Shown one piece after another: positions 13,811 through 26,990 of a DNA stretch of 64,000 nt. Below the pieces are notes generated by a model. It was not told where the DNA came from. It saw only the letters and a program-made list of their open reading frames with translations, and did not search any database. Positions within the stretch are counted from its first letter, which is position 1. Each line of letters begins with the position of its first letter. The translations under genes were made by a program, and so were the position numbers. The stretch comes from Eledone cirrhosa (lineage: Eukaryota), in contig OZ024740.1 of the NCBI GenBank assembly GCA_964016885.1, forward strand, positions 105,586,001 to 105,650,000, read 5' to 3'.

Positions 13811-13865
13811 TAACAAAAAATAAATAATAAATAGAAAATAAATGAAAAATTAATTAATGAAAAGT

Positions 13866-14705
13866 GAAAAATGAAAAATGAAAAATGAAAAATGAAAAAT
13901 GAAAAATGAAAAATGAAAAATGAAAAATGAAAAATGAAAAATGAAAAATGAAAAATGAAAAATGAAAAATGAAAAATGAAAAATGAAAAATGAAAAATGA
14001 AAAATGAAAAATGAAAAATGAAAAATGAAAAATGAAAAATGAAAAATGAAAAATGAAAAATGAAAAATGAAAAATGAAAAATGAAAAATGAAAAATGAAA
14101 AATGAAAAATGAAAAATGAAAAATGAAAAATGAAAAATGAAAAATGAAAAATGAAAAATGAAAAATGAAAAATGAAAAATGAAAAATGAAAATGAAAAAT
14201 GAAAAATGAAAAATGAAAAATGAAAAATGAAAAATGAAAAATGAAAAATGAAAAATGTAAAATGAAAAATGAAAAATGAAAAATGAAAAATGAAAAATGA
14301 AAAATGAAAAATGAAAAATGAAAAATGAAAAATGAAAAATGAAAAATGAAAAATGAAAAATGAAAAATGAAAAATGAAAAATGAAAAATGAAAAATGAAA
14401 AATGAAAAATGAAAAATGAAAAATGAAAAATGAAAAATGAAAAATGAAAAATGAAAAATGAAAAATGAAAAATGAAAAATGAAAAATGAAAAATGAAAAA
14501 TGAAAAATGAAAAATGAAAATGAAAAATGAAAAATGAAAAATGAAAAATGAAAAATGAAAAATGAAAAATGAAAAATGTAAAATGAAAAATGAAAAATGA
14601 AAAATGAAAAATGAAAAATGAAAAATGAAAAATGAAAAATGAAAAATGAAAAATGAAAAATGAAAAATGAAAAATGAAAAATAAAAAATGAAAAATGAAA
14701 ATGAA
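13866..14705. repeat. (GAAAAAT)n 7-mer satellite in the inverted arm
   Basis: About 840 bp of near-perfect heptamer. Confidence 0.95.
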
Positions 14706-15331
14706 AAGTGGAAAATGGAAGTGAAGATTCAAATAAAATAAAATGTGTGTATGCTATAACCAATCTCAGAGAGATGTTGGATAAAGTGGTAGGAGGAACA
14801 AGATGGTAAAAGAATAAAACGAAATAAGATGATCAAATAAAATGTGTGTGTTATAACAATTCTCAACTTTAAAATAATGCAATAAAGTGAAGAAAACAAA
14901 ACAAATGAAAAATCAAGTAAAATAAAATGTGTGTGTGTTATAAAGATGTTGGCCAAATTAGAAAGGCTGTGTCAGAATCAATCTCTAGGCTATCATGGTG
15001 TCTGCTCAGCCTGGGTGGGTCCCTATGGCTTGAGGGGAGTTCCCAACCTATGGTGTTGTTACTGCCCATATAGCTTGAGGGAGGTCTGGCCGAGAGGTGT
15101 CTACATGTTCTGGAGAAGTCCCTATAGCTTGAGGGGAGTTCACATCTCAGTGTGTTGCTACTGTCCATATAGCTTGAGGACGGTCCCGGCCCTGATGTGT
15201 CTGCATGTCCCGAAGAAGTTGGTTCTGATGTTTATCAGGCTGCTTCCACTTAGTATCTCGAGGGTCTCGTTCAGACATAGTTTGCATATGCCAGATCCCC
15301 CTTTATCGAGTGGTACCTTCCTGATTATGGA

Positions 15332-17723
15332 ATGATTTCAAACCTCAAATTCTCCGGAAACCCACACAGAAGTCAGGAGTACCCCAGACACCTGAGAAAC
15401 CGGATTACAGTACTTAAAGAGACAACTGGAATACTTGTCCATGCTGACAAAACCAACAACCTCTACAACATGGACACTGAACTGTATAATAAGCTAATTC
15501 TCAGGGAACTGAGGAAGTGCTACAAAAAAAAAACACCTGGATTTACCCTGGATGAGATCAATGCCACAGCTTACAGGATTATATCTGGACTCGACATAGA
15601 GGGCAGGACGGCCCCATACCAACCAAGGGAGCCGCGGATTACCCTTAAAGTTCACAAGCCAAACTTTGAGTCCGACCTCCCTGTCAGAATAATAGCCCCC
15701 TCCAGATCTGACCTAGGGATCGTCAGTAAAAGAATACTAGATAGGATTTTGCCCAAGCTTCGGAAAAAAACTAGATTACAGCAATGGTCATGCACGGCAG
15801 AGGTAATAGAATGGTTTAAGAAACTACATGAGAAAAGTAAGACCAGCTTTATCCAACTGGATATCGCAGGCTACTACTCCTCAATCTCACCCAATAAGGC
15901 CCTATTTTTAGCGATGTCCAATACGGACCTAACCCGAGAGGAGGTGAGCATCATCCACGCCGCAAGAAAGACCTTAATCCGTTTCGAAGAAGACCTTTGG
16001 ACCAGGAGTGATTGGCCAAATAACTTTGACATCACGATGGGCTCCAGCGACTCAGCACAGGTAACGGACCTGGTTGGGCTCTTCCTGCTGAAGCAGATAA
16101 AAGATGAGATCCCCTGCCTGGGCGGCGGATTATATCGTGACGATGCTCTCTTCACAGTATATGACCACAGCACCACTAGGTTGGAGGGAATTAGGAGGCT
16201 CAGTATCGAACTAGACCCAAATAGAAAGGTAGTTAACTTCGTAGATACCACCCTAAACCTGAACACCGAGCAATACTACCCCTACCACAAGCCCCACGAG
16301 AAACTTGTGTATGTTAACGACAAGTCAAACCACCCTAGATCCATAACCAAGGCCGTGGTGAAGAGTGCCTCTGACAGGATCTCCAGCCTGTCCGCAAATA
16401 AGGAAATCTTTGATAACAACGCGGAATATTACAACGCAGCTCTAAATAAGGCGGCACATGGCCAAAATATAACATATAGTCCGAAACGCCGGGATGGGGA
16501 TAGCCCAACGGACACCCACACCCGCGTTGTCCGGGAGGAGGCGAACCCTAACAATACAGGCAGAACAGAAACAAATAAGCACCATGAGCCCGATACCACC
16601 ACACGGGCGATGGTGACGAGTACGCTTAAACATGAGACGAAACCCAATATGAGTAGCAGTCCCAGGGGTGATGATAACAACCCCGGGCCCGACGACCCCA
16701 ACCGCAGGTCATGTGGGGGGGGGGGGGGGGGGGGGGGGCTGTAACAGGGGACCAGCCCACAGTGGATGTCCCAGCGCGGGCAACGACCACCCCACAGATT
16801 CGAGCCGTGAAGATAGGAAAACGCATTGCGCCCAAAGGGGAAGCAACAATGTAGGATCCACCAGCAACCCAACAACTCACGACGCCCCCAACCCACCCAT
16901 ATAGGAGTAGACGCAGAAAAATTACGTGGTACAACCCATCCTACTCAGCGGCCCTAAAGAACAGCTTGGCCCGATCATTCTTTGGAGCACTTGATAATGC
17001 TTCCCGAGGGACCATAGATACCACAAGATCTTCAACAGACACACTGTGAAGCTCTCGTATTCCACCACGAGAAATCTGGCCCAACGCATAGCTAGCATCA
17101 ACAGGAGTAGGCTTAAAAACACACACACAACCAGAAGATGGCAATATAAGCACGCAGCAGCACCACGTGGAAGGAGGGAAGGGGTACACAGTGCCCACCC
17201 AAGAAACTCAAACAGATCCGGGGACCTTCCTCCGTGCCCGGGGGAAGACCACCATGTAACACGTAACGGGAACCCCACACTAGGCACGCAGAGGTCGACC
17301 ACCCTCTGCAACTGCAGAAACCCTGAAACATCCCCCCTTAGTAATAAATGCCTTAAGAAGAACCTAATATACGGATGTAGGGTCAAAACCCCCAACTCCG
17401 AACACCTCTACATAGGAGCCACATCAACAAGCTTTAAAGACGTTGATATAACCATCGCCATTCCTTCAATAAGGAGGCCAAAAGGAAAAGTACGGCTCTT
17501 TCCGACCTGATCTGGAAGCTCAAGCTGGACAGGACCCCGTCCTCTCTGGCCATAATCAGGAAGGTACCACCTGATAAAGGGGGATCTGGCATATGCAAAC
17601 TATGTCTGAACGATACCCTCGAGATACTAAGAGGTGGAAGCCGCCTGATAAACCTCAGAACCGACTTCTTCGGGACATGCAGACACATCAGGGCCGGGAC
17701 CGTCCTCAAGCTATATGGACAGT
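15332..17723 (+). pseudogene. Penelope-type reverse transcriptase + GIY-YIG endonuclease (frameshifted, 5'-truncated)
   Basis: Motifs ADKTNNLY, HKPNF, FIQLDIAGYYSSI, FDITMGS, GLYRDD, SNHP, WYNP, KLSYSTT, CNCRNPETSPLSNKC, LIY...LYIGATSTSFK, CKLC and N.R....CRH. Confidence 0.9.
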
Positions 17724-18159
17724 AGCAACATACTGAGATGTGAACTCCCCTCAAGCTATAGGGACTTCTCCAGAACATGTAGACACCTCTCGGCCAGACC
17801 TCCCTCAAGCTATATGGGCAGTAACAACACCATAGGTTGGGAACTCCCCTCAAGCCATAGGGACCCACCCAGGCTGAGCAGACACCATGATAGCCTAGAG
17901 ATTGATTCTGACACAGCCTTTCTAATTTGGCCAACATCTTTATAACACACACACATTTTATTTTACTTGATTTTTCATTTGTTTTGTTTTCTTCACTTTA
18001 TTACATTATTTTAAAGTTGAGAATGGTTATAACACACACACATTTTATTTGATCAGCTTATTTCGTTTCATTCTTTTACCATCTTGTTCCTCCTACCACT
18101 TTATCCAACATCTCTCTGACCATTTTATTTTATTTCAATCTTCACTTCTATTTTCCACT

Positions 18160-18505
18160 TTTCATTTTCATTTTTCATTTTTCATTTTTCATTTTTCATT
18201 TTTCATTTTTCATTTTTCATTTTTCATTTTTCATTTTTCATTTTTCATTTTTCATTTTTCATTTTTCATTTTTCATTTTTCATTTTTCATTTTTCATTTT
18301 TCATTTTTCATTTTTCATTTTTCATTTCTCATTTTTCATTTTTCATTTTTCATTTTTCATTTTTCATTTTTCATTTTTCATTTTTCATTTTTCATTTTTC
18401 ATTTTTCATTTTTCATTTTTCATTTTTCATTTTTCATTTTTCATTTTTCATTTTTCATTTTTCATTTTTCAGTTTCCATTTTTCATTTTTCATTTTTCAC
18501 TTTTC
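18160..18505. repeat. (TTTTTCA)n 7-mer satellite in the 3' UTR
   Basis: About 345 bp; reverse complement of the left-arm satellite. Confidence 0.95.
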
Positions 18506-19276
18506 ATAAATTAATTTTTCATTTATTTTCTATTTATTATTTATTTTCTGTTTTCTTCATTTTTTTGCCTTCTATTTCTTCATATACATGGCAGACGCCC
18601 CCCCTCCCCACCACCACGAGAGATGGTGGCAGGAGGGATGAAGAAACACACACAGATACTTGTAAATGTCAGCAGCAACAAGACAGAGGCTGACCACAAC
18701 ACCAACAACACTACCAAATTAAGGGTAGAGTTCAGATGTACTTAACAATAGCAAAAACAAACACTACAGGTAACCTCATCTCAGAAAGAATTTCTATAGA
18801 CTTTTGACTGAAGAATGCTCTCAAAACTGACCAATGGGAGTAGTGACCTTACAAATGTTTATAACATTGAGATTGGGTATAACACACACACATTTTATTT
18901 GATTATTTCATTTTATTTTGTTCCTTTACCACCTTATTCCTTCCACCACTTTATCATTTTTTTGAGCTGACTCTAACACCAGCACCAATACCAACATAAG
19001 AGTACAGGTCAGATGTACTTAACAATAACAAGAACAACCACTACAGATTGCCTTGCCTCAGAATGAATTTCTATAGACTTTTGACTGAGGAATGTTCTCA
19101 CAACTGACCAATGAGAGGAGAAGAAGTCCTCTGACGCTGAAATTCGTTTGTTTAAATTCATATGATTCCAGTTCCTCGGTGAAACAACAACCCAACCAGG
19201 AACTGGGCATATCAGAGTATTGACAAAGTTAAACACCTCAACAACATGTGTACTCGTCTCTACCACACTAATTCGG

Positions 19277-19331
19277 ACTGCCTGAAGAAGTCACAGCCAA
19301 AGATGGCTGTCACCGAAATATATATAGCAGT
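19277..19331 (+). ncRNA. Minimal type I hammerhead (family C) in Penelope pLTR
   Basis: ACUGC-CUGAAGA-stem II-GAAA-UAUAUA-UA-GCAGU then AATAAA. Confidence 0.82.
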
Positions 19332-19753
19332 AATAAAGGAAGCCAAATTTTAAACATTTGACTTATTTATTTTATTTTATTTTACATTATTCCGGAGTAA
19401 CCAAACCAACCTGCGTACTTCGTCAAATGCTCCAATCTGCATACTGAAGTGTTGGTATACAACCAACATATACTGAAAATTTATATATATATATATATAT
19501 AATATGATATAATATGTAGATTTCCGAGTTGTGTCGGGGGATAACCGCAGTAAAAAAACTACTCTATACATTGGTGGGGTATAGGCATGTTTTAATTTTA
19601 TATAGAAATGACTTCTACAGGATTAAAACTGATTCATTCGTATGAAACAGTTCTAGTCGTGTAGAAGTCATTTCTGTACACAAACGCACACGAGCTCGCG
19701 CATACACACAGACCCATATATATATATATATATGTATATATATATGATATATA

Positions 19754-19836
<83 letters not shown>

Positions 19837-19849
19837 GATATTAAGTCTG

Positions 19850-20004
19850 ACACCATGCTTTGCAGCATAGAGTTACGGGCCTTGCCATTCTGAGTTCAAA
19901 TACCGCCGAGGTTAACTTTGCCTTTCATCCTTACGGGGTCGATAAAATAAAGTACCAGTAATGTACTGGGTAAATGCTGGCTTTGTGCCAATAGTAGAAA
20001 CCGA
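19850..20004 (+). mobile_element. tRNA-derived SINE, 5'-truncated
   Basis: B-box and central domain match the family. Confidence 0.8.
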
Positions 20005-21463
20005 TATTAAATAAATGGAAACTATATTTATAAAACCATATTTATTATATTATATATGTAACTGTCGAAACTCTATCAATCTTAAAACAGAATTATTTTC
20101 TTCTTGCAGACATCGCCAAAATTCTACTTTCAGAAGTATTTTTAATTTATGATATTCATTACACTTGACTATATCTTATACACCTTCAAAATGATCCTAT
20201 TTTCTTTAAAAATTTTAATTTAAAGTTAAATGTAAATTATTTTAAATGACCTTCCCTCTTAATTTTTTATATTTCTACTATTTTTACCTTTTGACATTAA
20301 TTTTGTAATATATATATATTTTTAAATATTTTTTACTTCTGATATTATTTTCCTAAATATATTTTTTTAGATGTAGATTGATAATCTTTAATTGGCATTC
20401 TGAAAATTAATCCTCTTTACAATAGTTCTTCGAAATGTTTTTCCTCTGCTTTTGATCTTCAAACTTTCACACATCTTTCGACTAAAATAATTAATCTCCC
20501 ACAAAATAATATATAATTTTCTCTATATGTTTTCTGAGCAAATCATTCATCAAATTTAACGGTTAACAAACAAGATTGGAGTTATCTTTCCCTTTTCAAT
20601 CGTGCAAACATAAACATATTATAATATAATATGTACGTTAAACTATCTAACTTCGCTAAATTAACAATATTCTGAAAACATTTTCAATGTTGGAACAAAA
20701 TATTCGAATCTACAAATGGTTCTCTTACAACTTGAACCACCTGTTTTTTTTATGTAAAATGCAAAATCAACATCCTTCCTAACTCATATTAGAAATGTAA
20801 ACAACTATTATTTGTAAATCATTTCTATTTTTATAATACTTATACATACACAATTATTAATCTATATAGATATTTATATACTTATAACCTATTGTAATGT
20901 AATAAGATAAAATATACTTACAACCATAAATCTTCATATAATCTAGTTGATTATATATAAAATACTATAGCTCATAATATAGCTAAATAAATTAAAATTT
21001 TGGAATCATATTCCACTTTTCCTTTTAAATTAACGTAAATAAAAGCTCTTCTTCTTTTTTCTTCTTTCTTTTTCCTACTCATACATTTAAATTCTGCATA
21101 GCGTCTAAAATAACGTTTTTTTTCCAGCCCTATACCTCTACCTCATTTACATACTCATCTTAATAAATCTGACTTTTCTTCTCTTATCCTTTCACTATCC
21201 AAGGAAAACTTGAACCGTTAAGGTATCTTTTTCTTGGTTATGTCAAAATGTATAAAACAAACTTTGTATTTTATCTGATGAAAGCGTACCAAAGTTTTGG
21301 TACCCTTGAAATATATATAATAGAATAAATATGGTTTTATAAATATAGTTTCCATTTATTTAATATCATTGAATATTATACTCCACAAAACTTGTCGAGT
21401 GCTCAGAATCAGTTATAAACATTTATATTTGCTGAATTACCAACAAATTGAATATCCCTTTTG

Positions 21464-21465
<2 letters not shown>
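20005..21465 (+). mobile_element. Degenerate Penelope-like element (family B pLTR) with short inverted 5' arm
   Basis: 20005-20055 is inverted relative to 21312-21366; HHR at 21267; homologous to 37690-38020 and 11205-11330. Confidence 0.55.
21267..21327 (+). ncRNA. Minimal type I hammerhead (family B)
   Basis: UAUUUUAU-CUGAUGA-AAGCGUACCAA/UUGGUACCCUU-GAAA-UAUAUA-UA-AUAGAAUA. Confidence 0.78.
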
Positions 21466-21517
<52 letters not shown>

Positions 21518-21934
21518 ATTAATTCCGTGTTTAGTGTCCATTTAAAGAGATCGTCGTAATTAATTACAACATTTCATGCACCGACTACTACAAGACACAT
21601 ATTATCCTATATTTGTTGATCAGATATACAGTTTGTCGATAATGACCGAAGAGATACTGTTTATTTTGGTTCCGACGTGGTGACCCTAACAGCCTGTATG
21701 TAACAAAGAACTCAATGTTTTCAAGAGAATATTTTATAAATAGATTTATTCATATTTTCACTACATAGGTACATATTTTCACTACATAGGTACAATGTTC
21801 CTCTCATAAAGATTAGCTAAACTCTTTACTGAAACATGATGGTTATCATGAAAGAATATGAATAAATCTATTTATACAGATATTTTCTATATATGTTGAC
21901 ACGACAGACATTTTCGGTACATTTTGATGAATAT

Positions 21935-22240
21935 TGAGGTTAATTTTTCCTTTCATCCTTACGGGGTCGATAAAATAAAGTACCAGTAATGCACTGGGTG
22001 ATTGCTGGCCTTGTGCCAAAAGTAGAAACAATTATTAGTACCAGAGGGCGGTGAATTGGCAGTATCGGTAGAGAGTCGAACACCATGCGTTACACCATAG
22101 AGTTACGGCCCTTTACAGTCTGAGTTCAAATCCCGCCGAGGTTAACTTTGCCTTTCATCTTTGCGGGGTCGATAAAGTAGCAACAGTAATATACTTGGGG
22201 TAATTGCTGGCCTTGTGCCAAAAGTAGAAACAATTATTAT
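21935..22240 (+). mobile_element. Two tandem tRNA-derived SINE copies (3' half plus full length)
   Basis: Family motifs at 21935-22035 and 22046-22240. Confidence 0.85.
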
Positions 22241-22326
22241 TACTGATATTTATACTATATTAATGAATATTTGTGAACATTATAATGTATACTGTAAGAT
22301 TTCCGTCAACCTGGTTCAGTTTTCGA

Positions 22327-22367
<41 letters not shown>

Positions 22368-22809
22368 AACATATATATATGATGGCTGCCCCCTCATTAC
22401 CGAGTATAGCCATTGCACGATATACCATTATTAATAATTATTAATTAATTCTATCGTGCAATGGCTGTGCGTGAAGATATTTTTTAAAATGAGGAAAGAC
22501 TGTGCACTGAGCCAATCCCACTCACTGAGCGACAGTAGCTATAATCTGAAAAAAAGAAAAGATCAACATCATCGGTAACTACTGAGCCGCAGGTTTTATA
22601 TCGGAGTTATCGCAGTTTCCTGAGTTGCCTTCTCCTAGAAGAATGCCCTGTCAAGGCTAGGGCTCCTTCACTCCCAGTGGTTTAACTGCGAGATCGGGTG
22701 TCCAGCCTGACTATCTCTATGTCCCCGCGCATATACATACACATGCACCCATGCATATACGTATATACATATACATACATATGTACATGTGTATATACAT
22801 ATTTACACA

Positions 22810-23000
22810 CTTTTGGATGGCCGTTCACTCTTATGAGTTCTTCCGCCCTTTGCCAGGTTTTGTATTTTTGTCCTGCAGGGTGTCCAAAATCACCCTCCTC
22901 ACCAAGTAAACTTGGTGGGGTTGCCGGTTTAGTCACCGACGACCCGACCATGCGACAGGTTGTACTGGGTTACATGTTACCAGTACCACTCAAGAGTGAC
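22810..23000 (-). mobile_element. 5' part of the RTE-derived element seen at 805-1000
   Basis: Clear sequence similarity (matching translations in the ORF track). Confidence 0.7.
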
Positions 23001-23002
23001 TC

Positions 23003-23112
<110 letters not shown>

Positions 23113-23273
23113 CGTGTGTGTATATATTGTACACACACGGTAGACAACAGAGGCCACGTGTTGTTTCTCTCCGACTAAAATCCCCAGTTGATGGATGCGA
23201 AATCCGAAATATAGGGACAATTAAATCACTTCCAAAGTAACTCTATCTGGTGTTATTATGTTTACACTCTTTA

Positions 23274-23483
23274 GGGCGGTGGATTGGCAGTATCGGTAGA
23301 GGGCCGGAATTATGCTTTGCAGCATAGAGTTACGGCCCTTTATGATCTCAGTTCAAATCCCGCCGAGATTTCATCCTTACGTGGTCGATAAAATAAAGTA
23401 CCAGTAACGTACTGAGGTCGATTTAATCGACTTTCCCCTACCCCAAAATTGCTGGCCCTGTGCCTATATAAGAAACCATTCAT
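23274..23483 (+). mobile_element. tRNA-derived SINE with TSD TTTACACTCTTT
   Basis: A/B boxes; TSD at 23261 and about 23485. Confidence 0.85.
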
Positions 23484-23660
23484 TTTACACTCTTTCCTAC
23501 GTTGCTCTACACCCTATACGTCTCATTCTACATTTCCTCTTACATCTCTCTCATTACCACCTGATTCTGTTACCCGGAGATTTATCCATCTGCATTGTTG
23601 AGACTTCCAAAACGACCAATTTTATTATTCCACAATGCTCCAAGCAAACTTCAACACTCT

Positions 23661-23739
<79 letters not shown>

Positions 23740-23784
23740 AAGTTAAATAAAAAGTCAAATGTTTAAAATTTAGCTTCCTTTATT

Positions 23785-23839
23785 ACTGCTATATATATTT
23801 CAGTGACAGCCATCTTTGGCTGTGACCTCTTCAGGCAGT
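23785..23839 (-). ncRNA. Minimal type I hammerhead (family C)
   Basis: ACUGC-CUGAAGA-GGUCACAGCCA..UGGCUGUCACU-GAAA-UAUAUA-UA-GCAGU. Confidence 0.82.
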
Positions 23840-24505
23840 CCGAATTAGTGTGGTATAGACAAGTACATATGTTGTTGAGGTGTATAATTTTGTCAATACT
23901 CTGATATGCCCAGTTCCTGGTTGGGTTGTTATTTCACTGAGGAACTGGAATCATATGAATTCAAACCAACGAATTTCAGTGTTAAAGGGCCTCTCCTCAT
24001 CTCATTGGTCAGTTGTTAGAACATTCCTCATTCTAAGTCTTTTTATTGTTAGAGTTAGCTTAAAAAATTGATAAAGTGGTAGAAGGAACAAGGTGGTAAA
24101 GGAACAAAATAACAAAAAAAAGTGTCAAACTTCCCATTGGTCAGTTTTGAGAGCATTCCTCAGTCAGAAGTCTATAGAATTCTTTCTGGGGTGAGGCTCC
24201 CTGACCAATGGGAAGTTTGACACTTTTTTTTGTTATTTTGTTCCTTTACCACTTTATTCCTTCTACCACTTTATCAATTTTTTAAGCTAACTCCAACAAT
24301 AACAACACTTAGAATGAGGAATGTTCTAACAACTGATCAATGAGAGGAGAAGAGGCCCTTTGACACTGAAATTCGTTTGTTTGAATTCATATGATTCCAG
24401 TTCCTCAGTGAAATAACAACCCAACCAGGAACTGGGCATATCAGTGTATTGACAAAATTATACACCTCAACAACATATGTACTTGTCTATACCACACTAA
24501 TTCGG

Positions 24506-24560
24506 ACTGCCTGAAGAGGTCACAGCCAAAGATGGCTGTCACTGGAATATATATAGCAGT
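24506..24560 (+). ncRNA. Hammerhead (family C) with GAAA>GGAA mutation, probably inactive
   Basis: Same motif with a core substitution at about 24545. Confidence 0.7.
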
Positions 24561-24703
24561 AATAAAGGAAGCTAAATTTTAAACATTTGACTTTTTATTT
24601 TATTTTATTTTACATTACTCCGGAGTAACCAAACCAACCTGCGCACTTCGTCGAGTGCTCCAGCCTGCATACTGTGGTGTTGGTATACAACCAACATATA
24701 CTC

Positions 24704-24776
<73 letters not shown>

Positions 24777-24977
24777 AACATAATGATGCTATTTTGATAC
24801 CTCTTTCCTACTCATTATTGAAATTATTATTATTATTTTGTGAGTTGACACTGCATTACCGAGCGTAGCTCTTTGCGCTTTGGTTATGTGCAGCGTGGTT
24901 TTTGATGGTGTTTGTTCTATTGTATTGAGAGTACTCTGCGTCTCATATGTGTGCTGTGCTTTATTATTATCATTATT

Positions 24978-25140
24978 GTTGGCAGTGACATGACAGTACC
25001 GGTAGAGGGTCGGACGTAGAGTTACGTCCCTTTAGGGTCTGAGTTCAAATCCCGTCGAGGTTAACTTTGCCTTTCATCCTTACGGGGTCGATAAAATAAA
25101 GTACGAGTAATGTACTGGGGTTATTGCTGGCCTTGTGCCC
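24978..25140 (+). mobile_element. tRNA-derived SINE
   Basis: Family motifs. Confidence 0.8.
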
Positions 25141-26323
25141 ACGTAGACATCGAGTGCTGAAACTGGTGAACCAATAGTAACTTAAAATTACACTCCAATA
25201 AACTATTTATATATGCAAATATATACATACATGTATATAACCCCCCCCCACACACACACACATATATGTGTATGTGTGTGTGTGTATGTATGTATATATG
25301 TATGTATATTCAGTATTCCGGTTATAACGTAATAATTGGTGGCGTTACCGCATTTAGCACTCCATGCAGTTACGTGACATGAATGCGTTATAGGTTCAGA
25401 TGTAAAGGTCTTCAATAACATCTACTTACGCACACAGACGCAGACACCCACACATACACACACATACATACATACATACAAACATAAGTTGATCACAAAT
25501 TAATGGATATAACTGATTTTGAAATGACTGGACATTGAACTAAATCAATTACAGCATTTAGATCCAGCTCGCTATATACAAAGTTATAAACTCCGAAAGT
25601 GCTTTTATCCTCATTTCCGGGAGCTGATAAAATAAGTACCAGCAATAATGCAATTGATTCCAAAGGATCCACCCCCACACTCCCTGACTTGGAATTATTC
25701 TCATTTCTCCTACTTCAAAGAAATGGAGTGTTGGGAGATTTTAATGTCTCAAGGATAACCACGAGTGCCACAATAACCCAATTAATCACTGTCTTACAAT
25801 AAAGAGAGTTTGTAGTCTTTGATACTTGTGATACAGAAACCAAGGAAACCGGTGGTTAGTTTTTTACAAGGTATGTGAAATGTATCGTTGTTGCGGTTGA
25901 CTTCTCTCGTTAGGTCAACGGTGATCGAGACGACCTACGATACGAGATAATCCGCTGTAACACTAGCCGTGGGCTAGATATGTCGTTCCAGGTATATCAT
26001 ACCTTCACATAGCATACTAGACATTCCGACATACAGTTCTAAGTTATATGAGATTTAGTGCTTCGATATGTTGCAGTCTCCATTGTCCGTTTCTTACCTG
26101 TACAGCTGCTGATTATGATGGCGTCTACAACTTATATGGGCATGGCAGTTGCTGTTCTTAGTCTAACGAATCTATTTCTGACTTCACAGAGAAAAATAAA
26201 GGAAAATATTTTTTCGTAAGGAATTTTTTACTTGATAGCGAAGCTCCCATATGTTTATTGTATGAAGACATGCAGTATATGCTTTCATGTACACCCCCAT
26301 TAAGCTTAACGCTCCCTTAGTGG

Positions 26324-26376
<53 letters not shown>

Positions 26377-26510
26377 AATCTGAGTTTTTCGAATATTAAT
26401 AATAATATTCGATCCGTTTACAATTATGCAAACAGTCTATTTTATAAGCCATGTCAGTAGAATGAGCCACCCCCCCCCCCATTCTCGCTCTTGAGTTGGC
26501 ATGTAAACAG

Positions 26511-26558
26511 AACTGCACACATAATGTTTCTTGGAGATTACCCTTCATCAGTGCAGTT
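26511..26558 (-). ncRNA. Hammerhead (family F) with GUG site, probably inactive
   Basis: AACUGCA-CUGAUGA-..-GAAA-CAUUAUG-UG-UGCAGUU. Confidence 0.6.
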
Positions 26559-26941
26559 TACTGTTTACCTGCCAACTGTCAGAACTAATGAAAATATATG
26601 CTATTTTCTAAAATATACATTAACGGATCGGCCTGATTTGCATATTAGCAGAATGGCTGATCAGTCAGATCTGCATATTAGCAGATAGGCCAGTCAGTTT
26701 GATGTATACGAGCGTTTAATGACGATTTACCATATTCAAATAGCTAAAAACTAGTTATCGCTCTATATGGCTGAATACAATAAATGTAATCTGAGTTTTT
26801 CGAATATTAACGATAATATTCGATTCGTTTGCAATTATGCAAACATCCAGTCTGCTAATATGCAAATCAGGCCGATCAGTCACTATATATTTCAGAAAAT
26901 ATATATTTTCACTAGCTCTAACAGTTGGCAGGTAACCAGTA

Positions 26942-26990
26942 AACTACACTGATGAAAGGTAATCACCCAGAAACATTAGTGTCTGCAGTT
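26942..26990 (+). ncRNA. Type I hammerhead (family F)
   Basis: AACUACA-CUGAUGA-AAGGUAAUCACCCA-GAAA-CAUUAGUG-UC-UGCAGUU; GUC site. Confidence 0.7.

Larger units (their letters stand above)
13812..19490 (+). mobile_element. Penelope-like retroelement (Naiad-like) with 1.5-kb inverted 5' arm, RT + GIY-YIG ORF, long 3' UTR and pLTR with HHR
   Basis: 13812-15330 is the reverse complement of about 17549-18550. RT at 15332-16744, EN to about 17723, HHR plus AATAAA at 19277-19337, end at (TA)n. Confidence 0.85.
23735..24708. mobile_element. Inverted pair of Penelope pLTRs (family C) without ORF
   Basis: 23735-24145 is the reverse complement of 24201-24612; homologous to 18780-19480; flanked by microsatellites. 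Confidence 0.85.

Noticed and set aside
13810-14763. 317-aa (FFIFHFS)n ORF
   Set aside because: Translation of the 7-mer satellite; no evidence of coding.
14931-15335. 134-aa ORF duplicated at 17434-17952
   Set aside because: Antisense of the Penelope endonuclease end and 3' UTR in the inverted arm.
17300-17723. Selenocysteine recoding, as reported for some Naiad elements
   Set aside because: The conserved Cys positions I read are TGC/TGT (one TCC), not TGA; the same holds at 43300-43350.
17702-17870. CRISPR-like spaced repeats
   Set aside because: The spacers are themselves duplicated, there are no cas genes, and the context is a eukaryotic retroelement.
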